Shown here piece by piece: positions 53,949 through 63,479 of a stretch of DNA of 64,000 nt (its first letter is position 1; each line of letters opens with the position of its first letter). Origin of the DNA: an uncultured archaeon (GTDB lineage Archaea; Thermoproteota; Bathyarchaeia; Bathyarchaeales; Bathycorpusculaceae). The DNA lies in assembly GCA_963782915.1 (NCBI GenBank), contig CAWALK010000011.1:32001-96000 (forward strand), given 5' to 3'. The notes beneath the pieces are model-generated. The model searched no databases, had not been told where the DNA came from, and saw only the letters and a list, made by a program, of their open reading frames with translations. A program made the position numbers and the translations under genes.

Positions 53949-54113
53949 TGTTTACCCCTCTTGGGTTTGCTTGTTTGCTTTCACTATGCTATTTGTCAAA
54001 TCATTTAAATTCCGATATATATCTATCGTTTTAACCTCCAGCAATCGTTGATGCCCAAAAGAGCCAATCAACCGAACAGTACAAAAAGGCGCTGACTAAA
54101 TCAGATGATTAGT

Positions 54114-54455
54114 TTACTCTTGTTCACTTAACAAATCAGCGATAATCCGCCGCACAGGCAACTTAAACATCCCAGAAATGCTCGAAAGAAAAGTCTTGCC
54201 TTTCTCAGTCAACTCGTAACATCTCAACTGCCGTTTACCCTTCGCGATTAATTCGCTTACTAAGAAACCGTCGATTTCCAGCCGATTCAGAAGCGGATAG
54301 AGGGTGGCAGGTTTTAATCCGTGGCCAGTTAACCGTTTTACTTCTTTGGTGATTTCATATCCATGCATTGGACCTTTAGATATGAGCCAAAGAATGAGTG
54401 GTCTATCAAGTCCTCGCTGAAAGGCTTGGATGGCATCAACCATTGAGTCAACCAT
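54114..54455 (-). CDS. PadR-family regulator
   Basis: PMHGYEI, TLYPLLNRLE, YELTEKG. Confidence 0.9.
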   Translation of the reverse strand: MVDSMVDAIQAFQRGLDRPLILWLISKGPMHGYEITKEVKRLTGHGLKPATLYPLLNRLEIDGFLVSELIAKGKRQLRCYELTEKGKTFLSSISGMFKLPVRRIIADLLSEQE

Positions 54456-54547
54456 CTATATAGTTTATTTTTCGATATATCAACCTTTGCACATTCATAA
54501 AAGACATTATTAGCAACTAGGCACAATCTCCAATTGAGGTAGGGAGG

Positions 54548-54898
54548 ATGGCTGAAGCAGAACGGGAACTAATGCGGTCAACCGTGGCAGGTTTTAGCAG
54601 AGCCATCATTCTGTGGCTTCTCCAAGAAAAACCCATGTCAGGCTACTCACTTGTTAAAGAGCTTGAGCTTTTGATGGGGCAGCATCTCAGTTCGGGAATT
54701 GTGTATCCGCTGCTCTACGAATTGGAGAAGGAGGGCTATATATCGGGTGTTTGGTCACAGCGGGGCAAACGGCGAATAAAACATTATTCTCTCACGCTAA
54801 AAGGCGAAGAGTTGCTCAGTCGGCTGCGTAAACTATTCGAGATGCCCGTTAGAGAAGCGCTAAAAGAATTCATCGCAGAAAAACCCAGCAAACAGTAG
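54548..54898 (+). CDS. PadR-family regulator
   Basis: PMSGYSL, VYPLLYELE, YSLTLKG. Confidence 0.9.
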   Translation: MAEAERELMRSTVAGFSRAIILWLLQEKPMSGYSLVKELELLMGQHLSSGIVYPLLYELEKEGYISGVWSQRGKRRIKHYSLTLKGEELLSRLRKLFEMPVREALKEFIAEKPSKQ

Positions 54899-54900
54899 CT

Positions 54901-55470
54901 CTACTGTGTGAATATGCTTTTCTTTAATGCTAAAGCAACTTCATCCGTAGGCTTGTTTGAGTCAATAACAACCCATTTATTGAATCTTGTAAGTGAGAGG
55001 GCTTTTGAACGGACTTTTTTTAGGGCTGCATAGCTCTCGAACATTTCGATTTCACTACGGTTCTCGCGTATTCGGGCAGCGGCATTTTCGGCTTTGACAT
55101 CTAAGAAGAACATGTACCGCGATTTGGGCACTACAAGCGCAAAGAAATTGTAGCCAACAACATGCAAAGGCGCAGGCAAATAAGCGGTACCCATCAAGTA
55201 CCGAACAAAAACGACATAATCAACTCGTCGCCAAGAGTACAGAAGGATCGAGCGGATAACGTCTATCATGTAACATAGTGCCGAGGCGAAATGGGCGTTT
55301 TTACCCTTAGATAACAGGAAGGCGCGGGCTTTTCTGCCAAACCAGTTATCACTCTCAGGGTGAACTCGAATACACGAAGTTTTTTTCATTCCCTGTAATG
55401 TTTTTAGCAATAGTTGGGCTTGTGTGCTTTTCCCTGAACCGTCTAAACCGTCAATGATTATGAGCGTAAC
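54901..55470 (-). CDS. tmk: Thymidylate kinase-like P-loop kinase; no canonical start codon
   Basis: In-frame upstream extension VTLIIIDGLDGSGKSTQA; FFLDV motif. Confidence 0.7.
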   Translation of the reverse strand, partial: VTLIIIDGLDGSGKSTQAQLLLKTLQGMKKTSCIRVHPESDNWFGRKARAFLLSKGKNAHFASALCYMIDVIRSILLYSWRRVDYVVFVRYLMGTAYLPAPLHVVGYNFFALVVPKSRYMFFLDVKAENAAARIRENRSEIEMFESYAALKKVRSKALSLTRFNKWVVIDSNKPTDEVALALKKSIFTQ

Positions 55471-56196
55471 CTAGATGCCTCCCATCAAAACTAGAAATAC
55501 CAATGCACTCAACAAAGGAACAGCCAAATTATCAAGTCCTTTGGGAGTGAAAGCTTCACAAAGCGTTGCCACTACCGCAGCACCCAAAGAAGCAATGATG
55601 AAACCTGAAGTGGAGAGTGGATAGAGATAGGCAAAGAAAGGTAGACTTGCTAGGAGCCCCAAAAGGCAGACGACAAACATACCAATCGACCCCTCAAGAC
55701 TCTTCTTAGCACACACATCGAATTGATGTCGGCCCCATTTTGACCCAATCAATGAAGCAGCTGCGTCTCCGTAAGCCAAAGGGATGATTCCAGCCGCGAT
55801 GATCCAGGGTTGATTAGAGAAAAAAGCAGCTAAAATTGTGTATGAAATCGCATAAAAAACCAACCCATACGTATGTCCACCGAAAGTAACATCGCCTAAG
55901 CCTGAGAACCGCTGAGTTAAGCCTTTAAATGGAGAACCTGGCGAAACCAGAAAAGTCAACACTATAAAAGGCGACGCAACGAAGAGGGGAAAATTTAGTG
56001 GCATAGTATTGAATGAGAAGAAAGGGATAACAAAGATGAAGTTGCCGATCATAATATGTAAGAACTTTCTGGACAAATTCTTCGGTAGACGATCTTTAAT
56101 TTTTCCGGTAACCAAAATTACTGCTATAATATAGAGATAACTTGAGCCCAGTAATGTCAAATTAGTTAACATTTCAGGGCTCATATGCTCACCCAA
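55471..56196 (-). CDS. SEC59/phytol (isoprenoid alcohol) kinase family membrane protein
   Basis: RKFLH, GDAAASLIG, KKSLEGS, DNL.VP. Confidence 0.88.
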   Translation of the reverse strand: MGEHMSPEMLTNLTLLGSSYLYIIAVILVTGKIKDRLPKNLSRKFLHIMIGNFIFVIPFFSFNTMPLNFPLFVASPFIVLTFLVSPGSPFKGLTQRFSGLGDVTFGGHTYGLVFYAISYTILAAFFSNQPWIIAAGIIPLAYGDAAASLIGSKWGRHQFDVCAKKSLEGSIGMFVVCLLGLLASLPFFAYLYPLSTSGFIIASLGAAVVATLCEAFTPKGLDNLAVPLLSALVFLVLMGGI

Positions 56197-57034
56197 ACAT
56201 TCCCGCGATAAACGAGAGCAAACCGAAAATGAATAGATAAAGCACTATGCGTTTTATTTTGCGGGCATTCTCCCGAGCAGGGTTCCTAATGAGCGATACT
56301 GAGCACCAAACTAAGCCAATGTCGGTTACTAATACGAAGGGTACAAACCAGATGGATACTATGCCCAGAATCAGAGGAATAGCTGTCAGGCAAACTGCGA
56401 ATATAAAGAAGAATGCTGCACCAAGAGCGGCTTTTACTTCGCCAAACCGGACTGCCATGGTTTTGATGTGATATGAGCGGTCGCCTTGCACGTCTACGAT
56501 GCCTTTTGCGATTTCGCGGCCTGTGTTAGAGAGGAACGCCATAGATGCAAAGAGTATAACGTTTAAGCCAATCTCGTTGGTTGCTACTAAACTACCATAA
56601 AGGAAAGGCGCTGCAACACAAGCGCTGACCAAAAAGTTGCCTGCTAATCCGCTGCGTTTCCCAACCGTGGAGTAAGTAACCATTATTACCCAAGCAACAA
56701 AGGCAAAGATGAAGCAGTTGAGGCTAACGGCGTATGCAGCGACTAATCCTATGACTGTTAAAGCGCCGGTTTCGATTAGGGCTCCTTTTTTGGTTACTGC
56801 ACCGCTTGGAATTGGACGCTGAGGCTCATTGATTTTGTCAATGTCATAATCGTAGTAGTCGTTAACAGCCATTGCTGCCGCTGTTAAAGTAAATGCTGTT
56901 ATGCCGCCGAAGAGCAAGTTTAGCCATTGAATGTTTCCGTTGCCTGCCAACAGTACGCCGACGAGGATTGCGAAACTCATAACTAAGCAATTAATTGGTC
57001 TGATGAGTTTGAGGTAACCGCTAAGTTTTGCCAT
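56189..57034 (-). CDS. UbiA-family digeranylgeranylglyceryl phosphate synthase
   Basis: LIRPIN, NDYYDYDIDKIN.P.RPIPSG, REIAKGIVDVQGD. Confidence 0.88.
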   Translation of the reverse strand: MAKLSGYLKLIRPINCLVMSFAILVGVLLAGNGNIQWLNLLFGGITAFTLTAAAMAVNDYYDYDIDKINEPQRPIPSGAVTKKGALIETGALTVIGLVAAYAVSLNCFIFAFVAWVIMVTYSTVGKRSGLAGNFLVSACVAAPFLYGSLVATNEIGLNVILFASMAFLSNTGREIAKGIVDVQGDRSYHIKTMAVRFGEVKAALGAAFFFIFAVCLTAIPLILGIVSIWFVPFVLVTDIGLVWCSVSLIRNPARENARKIKRIVLYLFIFGLLSFIAGMFG

Positions 57035-57284
57035 AGGAACAGCCTGTATTGGTACATAATGTAGCGGGTCAACAATTAAAAACTAACCGCCAAATAGCCC
57101 AAAAATTAGGGGTGAATGTGGTTTGCTGGGGCTTGAAGGAAGGGATAAGGGAGAAATGAAACGGGAATAGCCTCAACTTACAACAGGTACCTTCAGGCCC
57201 TCTCAGCCAAATTCAGGATTCCTATAAAGAGGGGAAATTGGTGTTTGTTTTCTGCATTCAGCGGTTGACTGCATACGGGCACTT

Positions 57285-57812
57285 TTAGCTGCTGCTTTTG
57301 TCGATAACGGTTCTTGTAACGACGGTTATCTGCGTAACTTTAGCGTTTGTGACGTCAACGTTGACGGTTGCGTATCCTGAGGTTCCATTCTGCATTGTAA
57401 CTATGGCTGTGGTTGCTTTGGTTGCGATTGTTCCGTCGCCTTCGATTATGTTCTTTACTATGGGGTTGATTGATGTTACGTTGTATCCTTGAGAGATTAG
57501 GCCTGCTATGTCTGTGTCGTTTCCGAGTATGGCGTTCACGTTTGCGGTGTATTCTGAACTGACTTCTATGCCGTACATGCCGTTGCCCATTGATTCCATT
57601 CTTGCGCCGTGTCCTCTGCCGCCGAATCCTTGCTCCGTCATCTGCATGTTAGCTGCGTATTGCGCGTTGGTTGTATCTTGAGTCACCGAATTAGTTGCTT
57701 CAGTTGTGTTTGCTGAGTTCGTATCTGCTAACGCTGTCATTGTTAATCCGCCGATTACTGCTGAAAGTGTCGCCAGCACTGCGAGGCTTATTGCGATGGT
57801 TTTTCGGTCTAT
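57285..57812 (-). CDS. Secreted hypothetical protein; probable ATA start
   Basis: GGAGGTG SD, then ATA GAC CGA AAA gives the signal peptide (M)DRKTIAISLAVLATLSAV. Confidence 0.75.
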   Translation of the reverse strand: MDRKTIAISLAVLATLSAVIGGLTMTALADTNSANTTEATNSVTQDTTNAQYAANMQMTEQGFGGRGHGARMESMGNGMYGIEVSSEYTANVNAILGNDTDIAGLISQGYNVTSINPIVKNIIEGDGTIATKATTAIVTMQNGTSGYATVNVDVTNAKVTQITVVTRTVIDKSSS

Positions 57813-57990
57813 CTTTCCACCTCCTTAACAAATGCAAGTTCGTCAAACGCTTATTAAACAATTTTTCAAAATTAGCCCCATAAATGCACAGATTTACACC
57901 CAAATTAGGCCATAATTAGGCATTCGTCGAAAAAAACAACCGATTGCTGCAGTATTGAAAAATAAAAAAAGATGGAGGAAATGATTAGTT

Positions 57991-60552
57991 TTATGGTCGT
58001 TTTCTTATCATCATCGCTAGTACAGCGCCGACTATTGCAATTGCAACAATTATCGCTATGACGCCTGCGGTGATGTAGAGTTCAGTGGGTGGCAGAATGG
58101 TCTGTGGGATTGGTGATGGTGTTGGTGCTCCTGGGTTGACTGCGAAGAATGTTTCAGTGGATGATGGCCAGTATGATTCGCTGCCGCCGAATGTGGCGAT
58201 TACTGTGTAGGTGCCTGTGATGTCTGGTGTCCATGCAAAACTGTAATGTCCAGTCATGTCGGTTGTTGTGGTTCCGATTTGTCGGAAGTTACCGTTGGCG
58301 TCAATAACGCTTAGGATAACTGGAACACCTGTTGTGTTTGTAGGCTTTGGCTGTTGCATATACACGTATTCCATAAACGGAGTCATACTTTCATCAGATA
58401 CAGCTGGGACTCCATCGGGGAAGCGTGCAACTCTATCAGCGTTTTGGGTTCCCGGAGATTGGTCGGTGACCATGCCTTTTATGAGTACATTGTTACCGTC
58501 TGTGACGACATCGTTTGTTATTGATGCGGTGATGGCTGTTTGTCCTTTACCGAAGGTGTATATCTGGTTGTCATAGCTGTTCCATTCGACTAGGAATCCG
58601 TCTGCGATTGCAGCTGGGCTTCTACCGCTGAAGCTGGATATGCTCCAGACCAGTGAACCGTCAGTGCAGTTTATTGCTAAGCGTTGTGCATTGGGGAATA
58701 GGGGTGGGTTGTACATGTGTGATTCTGAGAGGAATATTTTGCCGTCAGCGATGCTCTGTGTTCCGAAGACCCAAAGTGGATAGACACCGTATGGTGTGTT
58801 GTATCCAGAACTTCTTGGTGTGTATGTCCAGTTGATTGCGCCTGTTTTTAGGTTAACTGCGTTGACATAGCCACCGAAGTCCCAAACGTAGACGTTGCCG
58901 TATGCAATGTCACCTGCGACTGTTAGACCACTTAGGGCGTTTCCTGGAAGCGCAGTTGGTCCCCATAGTTTGTTTCCGTTGCTAAGAGAGTAGCCGTAAA
59001 CTTCGTGGGTATCTTTGTTGAGTAAAACATAGACACCTTCATTGGCTGAAAGTAGACTCATATCGCCATATAGTGGTAGCGATTGGTTGATTGGCCCCCA
59101 AAGCTTTTCTCCTGTATGTGCGTTATATGCGCATTCAATAGCATATCCTGCAGAAGTCTGTGTAACAAGGTTTGGTGCTTGGCGTAGGAGTATTATGTCT
59201 TCGGTTCTTGCAGCGACACTCAAAGAGATTGGGTTACCCGAGATGTTGGTTGGAACTGTTACTGACCATTGGATACCGGTTGGGAAGTTCATCGTTGTTG
59301 GTGGGCGGAGAATTTCTGAGGCTAATACGCCGTTGCCCATGCATAGCGTCGAGTTCCACATGTTAAGCTTACCTCCACTTATGTAGTAGCCAAGTAGGGT
59401 TCCTACGTTTTCATGTGTTGGGTCAATGTCCATTATGTAAGCCATGTCGGTTGAAACGTTGGCGATTATACCCATGTATGCGCCAGTTGATGGTTCATAT
59501 AGTCGGTATGTTGCTGCACCGCCGAACATTCCACCGCCAACTATGCTGTAGAGGAATGAGGTTGTTCCGTATTCTTGCATTGAGTGGAACTTTAGGTTCT
59601 GCCCCATTCTTAGTTTCTCGAATGAAACTGCGCTTGCATTTGCGGTTATGCCGGGTTGAGATGTCCACAATGTTTGTCCTGTACGTAAGTCAACTGCGTT
59701 CCAGCTTGTCACTTGAGAGTTGATGCCTGCCATGTCACCGTAATAGAGTACGCCGTCGAGGATTATTGGCTCAAAGTAGTTAATGAGTATGGATGAAGAT
59801 GTGAATTGGCTCTCTTGGTCAGCTGGGATTGGTCCGCCAACTTGGCCTCCGAAGGCCGTTGGCTTTGACCACATAATGTGTGCAGTGTTTGGTGCGGGGC
59901 TGTATGGGTTGAAGTTTCCTGTTGCATCGTACATGCCAGTGGTTGCAAATGATGGAATGGCAAGTCCGAACCAACTTCCAGCAAGCTCAGCCCATGCATA
60001 GTTCTGTGCATTAATTGGACGAGACCAATATTCAGTTGGAAGAGCTGGACTGGAGTATAACGGTATTTTTTCGTCTTGTACTAGTAGTGTTTCAGGGTCG
60101 CTTTCTGAGGGTAATTCGCGAACATTCGAGTAGTCTACGCCGGGTCCAAACATGCTAGCGGCACTTTTGGTTAAGTTTTGTCCTGGATAATATGCTTTGA
60201 TTGTGTAGTTGCCGGTTTTTTCAGGTGTGAATAAAACTGCGGCTATGCCGCCTGTAGTATCAGCGGTATATGGTCCCAAAGTGGTTATTTGTCCGTCTGG
60301 GTCAGTGATTTTTATGGTGATGCCTTTGTATAGGTCACCTGTGCCACCCATGCCTGCTGTGGCTGTTGGTTTTGTCATGAAAGCGCTAATGTATACGTCT
60401 TGACCGACGCCTACTGGGTCGGGTTCAGTATGTGTTTTCAGATAAGTGGGTATGTCTAGTGCTTGAGCGTTCATTGTAGTTGCTAGACTTATCACAGATA
60501 CTGTTAAAAGCAGTATGAAAGCGATTGATGCTATCTTTTTTGTTTTTATCAT
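57991..60552 (-). CDS. PQQ-like beta-propeller surface protein
   Basis: PDPVGVGQ, LPTEYWSRPI, APNTAHIMW, AVDLRTG; Ig domain; TM followed by RKRP. Confidence 0.92.
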   Translation of the reverse strand: MIKTKKIASIAFILLLTVSVISLATTMNAQALDIPTYLKTHTEPDPVGVGQDVYISAFMTKPTATAGMGGTGDLYKGITIKITDPDGQITTLGPYTADTTGGIAAVLFTPEKTGNYTIKAYYPGQNLTKSAASMFGPGVDYSNVRELPSESDPETLLVQDEKIPLYSSPALPTEYWSRPINAQNYAWAELAGSWFGLAIPSFATTGMYDATGNFNPYSPAPNTAHIMWSKPTAFGGQVGGPIPADQESQFTSSSILINYFEPIILDGVLYYGDMAGINSQVTSWNAVDLRTGQTLWTSQPGITANASAVSFEKLRMGQNLKFHSMQEYGTTSFLYSIVGGGMFGGAATYRLYEPSTGAYMGIIANVSTDMAYIMDIDPTHENVGTLLGYYISGGKLNMWNSTLCMGNGVLASEILRPPTTMNFPTGIQWSVTVPTNISGNPISLSVAARTEDIILLRQAPNLVTQTSAGYAIECAYNAHTGEKLWGPINQSLPLYGDMSLLSANEGVYVLLNKDTHEVYGYSLSNGNKLWGPTALPGNALSGLTVAGDIAYGNVYVWDFGGYVNAVNLKTGAINWTYTPRSSGYNTPYGVYPLWVFGTQSIADGKIFLSESHMYNPPLFPNAQRLAINCTDGSLVWSISSFSGRSPAAIADGFLVEWNSYDNQIYTFGKGQTAITASITNDVVTDGNNVLIKGMVTDQSPGTQNADRVARFPDGVPAVSDESMTPFMEYVYMQQPKPTNTTGVPVILSVIDANGNFRQIGTTTTDMTGHYSFAWTPDITGTYTVIATFGGSESYWPSSTETFFAVNPGAPTPSPIPQTILPPTELYITAGVIAIIVAIAIVGAVLAMMIRKRP

Positions 60553-60573
60553 TTTTCTTTTCCTCTTGTTTAG

Positions 60574-60670
60574 TTGGGCAAAAGCAGAGCTAACGCTAAC
60601 CGATCATATGCTAAATAGCAAATAGCGCTAACTAGCAAGTTATAGGCTAATCAGCCAAGCCCCTGCCCAA
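60574..60670 (-). promoter_or_regulatory. Candidate structured 5' leader RNA
   Basis: 12-bp closing stem UUGGGCAGGGGC/GCUUUUGCCCAA (3 G-U pairs) enclosing short hairpins; CTTATAAA TATA box at 60696-60703. Confidence 0.5.
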
Positions 60671-61046
60671 TAATTTGTTGTATTCAACCGTTTAGTTTAT
60701 AAGTTTTATTCAAAAAAATCGAGATGAAAAGAATGTAAAATATTCATTTACAAAGCCTTACCTTTTTTTCAAAGACTCTTAATATTCGCTAAAATAGCCA
60801 GCACAATGCTAAGATAAAAGACAGACAGAGGAACAAAACAGCGGTAGTAAGGAAACAAAAGAAGGTACGTTTATTTTTTCTAAATTATCAAATCCATCAA
60901 TTATTTGCCTTATCGTTAACCAAGTATCCCTAACCATCGTCGATTATCAAGGATTGTGCTTAATGATTACATCCGATAGAGAAACTTAAAAAGCAAGTAT
61001 TTTTAAAACAGTACAGTTACTTAAAAGGAGAACGGAGGTCATAGCG

Positions 61047-62011
61047 ATAAATATAGACGAGACCGATGCAAAAATCATAACAAGCCTCCTTGCCAGCGCC
61101 AGAAAAAGCTTTGTTGAAATAGCTGCTGAAACCAATTTATCCACCGTATCCATAGGCGACCGTTTCTCTGAATTAGAGAAGAACGGAATAATTACGGGCT
61201 CCACAATTCAAATAAATCAACGGTCTTTAGGACGTAACACAATCTGCAGCATACAAATCACTGTTGACAAAAAAGGGATCGACCAAGTCATTAATTATAT
61301 CCGAACATTATCGCAAGAAGTTCCGTTTATTTTCGCAGATCCAAAGAATAACATCAATTTAATTGTGGGCTGCGGAGATATCGACGAAGTATCAAATCTA
61401 AAGGATGCTATCAGAAAAAACAAGTTTGTGCTCGATTTAAAAGTTGAAACTTGGATAGGCGTAAAAAATATGCCGGAGAACCTGGAACTATCCAAAGCAA
61501 ACACATCAGAAAATGCCATTTAAGTCAATCTGTGGAAAATCAAAAACCTGATTTAGAGTTGGACAGCATCGATTTACAAATAATCGATAAATTGACAAAA
61601 AGCAGTATGCAACCATTCAGCAACATAGCCAAAGAAATCGGCACCTCAATTAACACTGTATCAAGAAAATATAGAAATCTCGTTAACAACCGAATAATAA
61701 GACCAGTACTCCAGATAAACCCAAAAAAACTCGGCTATAATGCAATGCTAACTTTCGCTTTGTCACTTGCTTCCCAAAGTGATATGGCTTCAATCATCGA
61801 TGCCGTGATGGGTATAAAGGATACTTTTCTTATCACCAAAACAAACGGTAATTTTGATCTGCTCCTCCAAGTTTTTGTCAGGGACATCGATCAGTTACTA
61901 TTAACTCAATATCAAGTTGCAAACATCCCCGGGATATCTACCATCGAAATTTTGGTTCACCCCATTCCCCCGCAATGGCCGCTACCGGGAGAATACATAT
62001 CCACCTTTTAG
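61047..62011 (+). CDS. Tandem double-domain Lrp/AsnC regulator; ATA start, frameshift near 61520
   Basis: (M)NIDETDAKIITSLLASARKSFVEIA and LDSIDLQIIDKL..FSNIAKEIG HTH motifs. Confidence 0.82.
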
Positions 62012-62075
62012 TATTGGCCACATTTCTGTGCTGTGCTAGAAAGAGATTTAACTTTTCATGAATTATTATCAGGTT

Positions 62076-62294
62076 ATGGGAAAATGCACTAGAACCGTTG
62101 GCGAACGCCGCCTCGGCAGAACCATCTACAAACTGGGCAACAGTGTGGAGCTTAGCAGCAAAGAAGGCAAAGCCAAAGTAGCCGAGCAAACATACAAAAA
62201 AGAAACTAAGACTGCGAACGGCTCAGTTGAAGATTCACCAGTCCAGAACCTACGTGACCAATCGAAGTGGAAAAAACCCCAAGCTAAAGAATAA
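62076..62294 (+). CDS. Small basic hypothetical protein
   Basis: ORF with AGGT upstream of the ATG; Lys-rich. Confidence 0.5.
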   Translation: MGKCTRTVGERRLGRTIYKLGNSVELSSKEGKAKVAEQTYKKETKTANGSVEDSPVQNLRDQSKWKKPQAKE

Positions 62295-62372
62295 TTCGCG
62301 GTAACTATTTCTTATCATGCTTGCATCGGAGCCGCCGAAGTAAATAGTTCAGCTCTCGGGGGCAAATCGCGG

Positions 62373-62449
62373 CTATATATAATGGGAGAGGGGTCTTGGC
62401 AGAGCAACAGAAGTCTACCTATTTATTCTTTAAATAAGGGAGGGGTAGG
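62373..62449 (-). repeat. Dispersed intergenic repeat, copy D plus partial upstream copy
   Basis: Reverse complements: CTGTTGCTCTGCCAAGACCCCTCTCCCATTATATATAG and CCTACCCCTCCCTTATTTAAAG. Confidence 0.75.
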
Positions 62450-62760
62450 TGCCTCTGAGGCAGGTAGGTCCCATAAACCCAAAAGGTGTAGCCGAACCGA
62501 TCTGTTTGCGGAAACCTCCACAACCGGCCTTCAACCGCTAAAACCCGCCGACGCCAAAACACAGCCGCCACTCAAGCCCGTTGGTAGTTGTTGTATATAG
62601 GGGCTTTTTGGCAATAACACACTAAAAAAACCGGAAAACCGCCAATTAATCCAGGAATATAAACGATCAGATTTGGGCAAAGCAACAGATTCCTGTGACT
62701 GTTTATGTGCAATCACAGAGGCTTATTACCGCTGCAACGTTGAACCTGCTAGGAATTTTT

Positions 62761-63072
62761 ATGATGAACGAAAACCTTCCTGACCCATTAAAGGCAGCAG
62801 GCAACGCCTACAAATTCGTTTCAGAAAACAATAGCGTACGATTGCTTAAGGTAACGCTTAAACCGGGCGAAAAAGCGGCAATGCACCATCACCCCGACCA
62901 CGTCATCTACGTTCTTAGCGGCGGCAAAGCCAAGTTAACGGATTTTCAGGGAAAAATCGACGTTTTAGAGCTTAAAACCGGCGACTCAATGTCTCTACCA
63001 GCCCAGTCTCATCAAACCGAAAACGTTGGAGATACGTTGCTGGATATTTTGGTGATTGAACAAAAGAAGTAG
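62761..63072 (+). CDS. Cupin domain protein
   Basis: ENNSVRLL..LKPGE..MHHHP..YVLSGG; H..ENVG. Confidence 0.88.
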   Translation: MMNENLPDPLKAAGNAYKFVSENNSVRLLKVTLKPGEKAAMHHHPDHVIYVLSGGKAKLTDFQGKIDVLELKTGDSMSLPAQSHQTENVGDTLLDILVIEQKK

Positions 63073-63101
63073 CCTAAAAAGGCACGTTAGCTTTCTATTT
63101 T

Positions 63102-63477
63102 GTGGAGTGTTTGTTTTTGTCAGCGGCTTTAGACCAGGAAACTGAGTGGAACTTTCGAGTTTTAGATAAACGCTTAGTTACCGTTAAAACTAAGAGTGAG
63201 GGCATACGGAAAATCGCTGTTTTAGACGTCTTAACCAACCTCATGTTCACGGTTCACGCGTCTGAAGCAGTGGATATGGCGCAGCTTGCACCGAACAGCG
63301 AGTACCTCTTTTCGCCTAAACGTCTACACATCAAAAAACATGAGTGACGTAAAAGAAGATTTTATCAGTTTCTTTGAAGCAGTGGACATAGATCAGGAGA
63401 CAGAGGATTTCATCAAAGCCTACTGGGTTTACCCTACCAAAATCCGTTTTGAACTCATCGAAGTAGAAGAAGCCTAA
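63102..63477 (+). CDS. Hypothetical protein (frameshifted)
   Basis: ORFs 63102..63347 and 63286..63477 join into a plausible continuous protein. Confidence 0.6.
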
Positions 63478-63479
63478 AC

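Noticed and set aside
422-63477. Numerous frameshifted genes read as mass pseudogenisation or programmed frameshifting
   Set aside because: About 15 genes, including conserved operon members (livG, paaK, iorA, livK), are broken by frame changes with intact motifs on both sides and no shared slippery motif. Uncorrected long-read errors are the simplest explanation, and read polishing would settle it.
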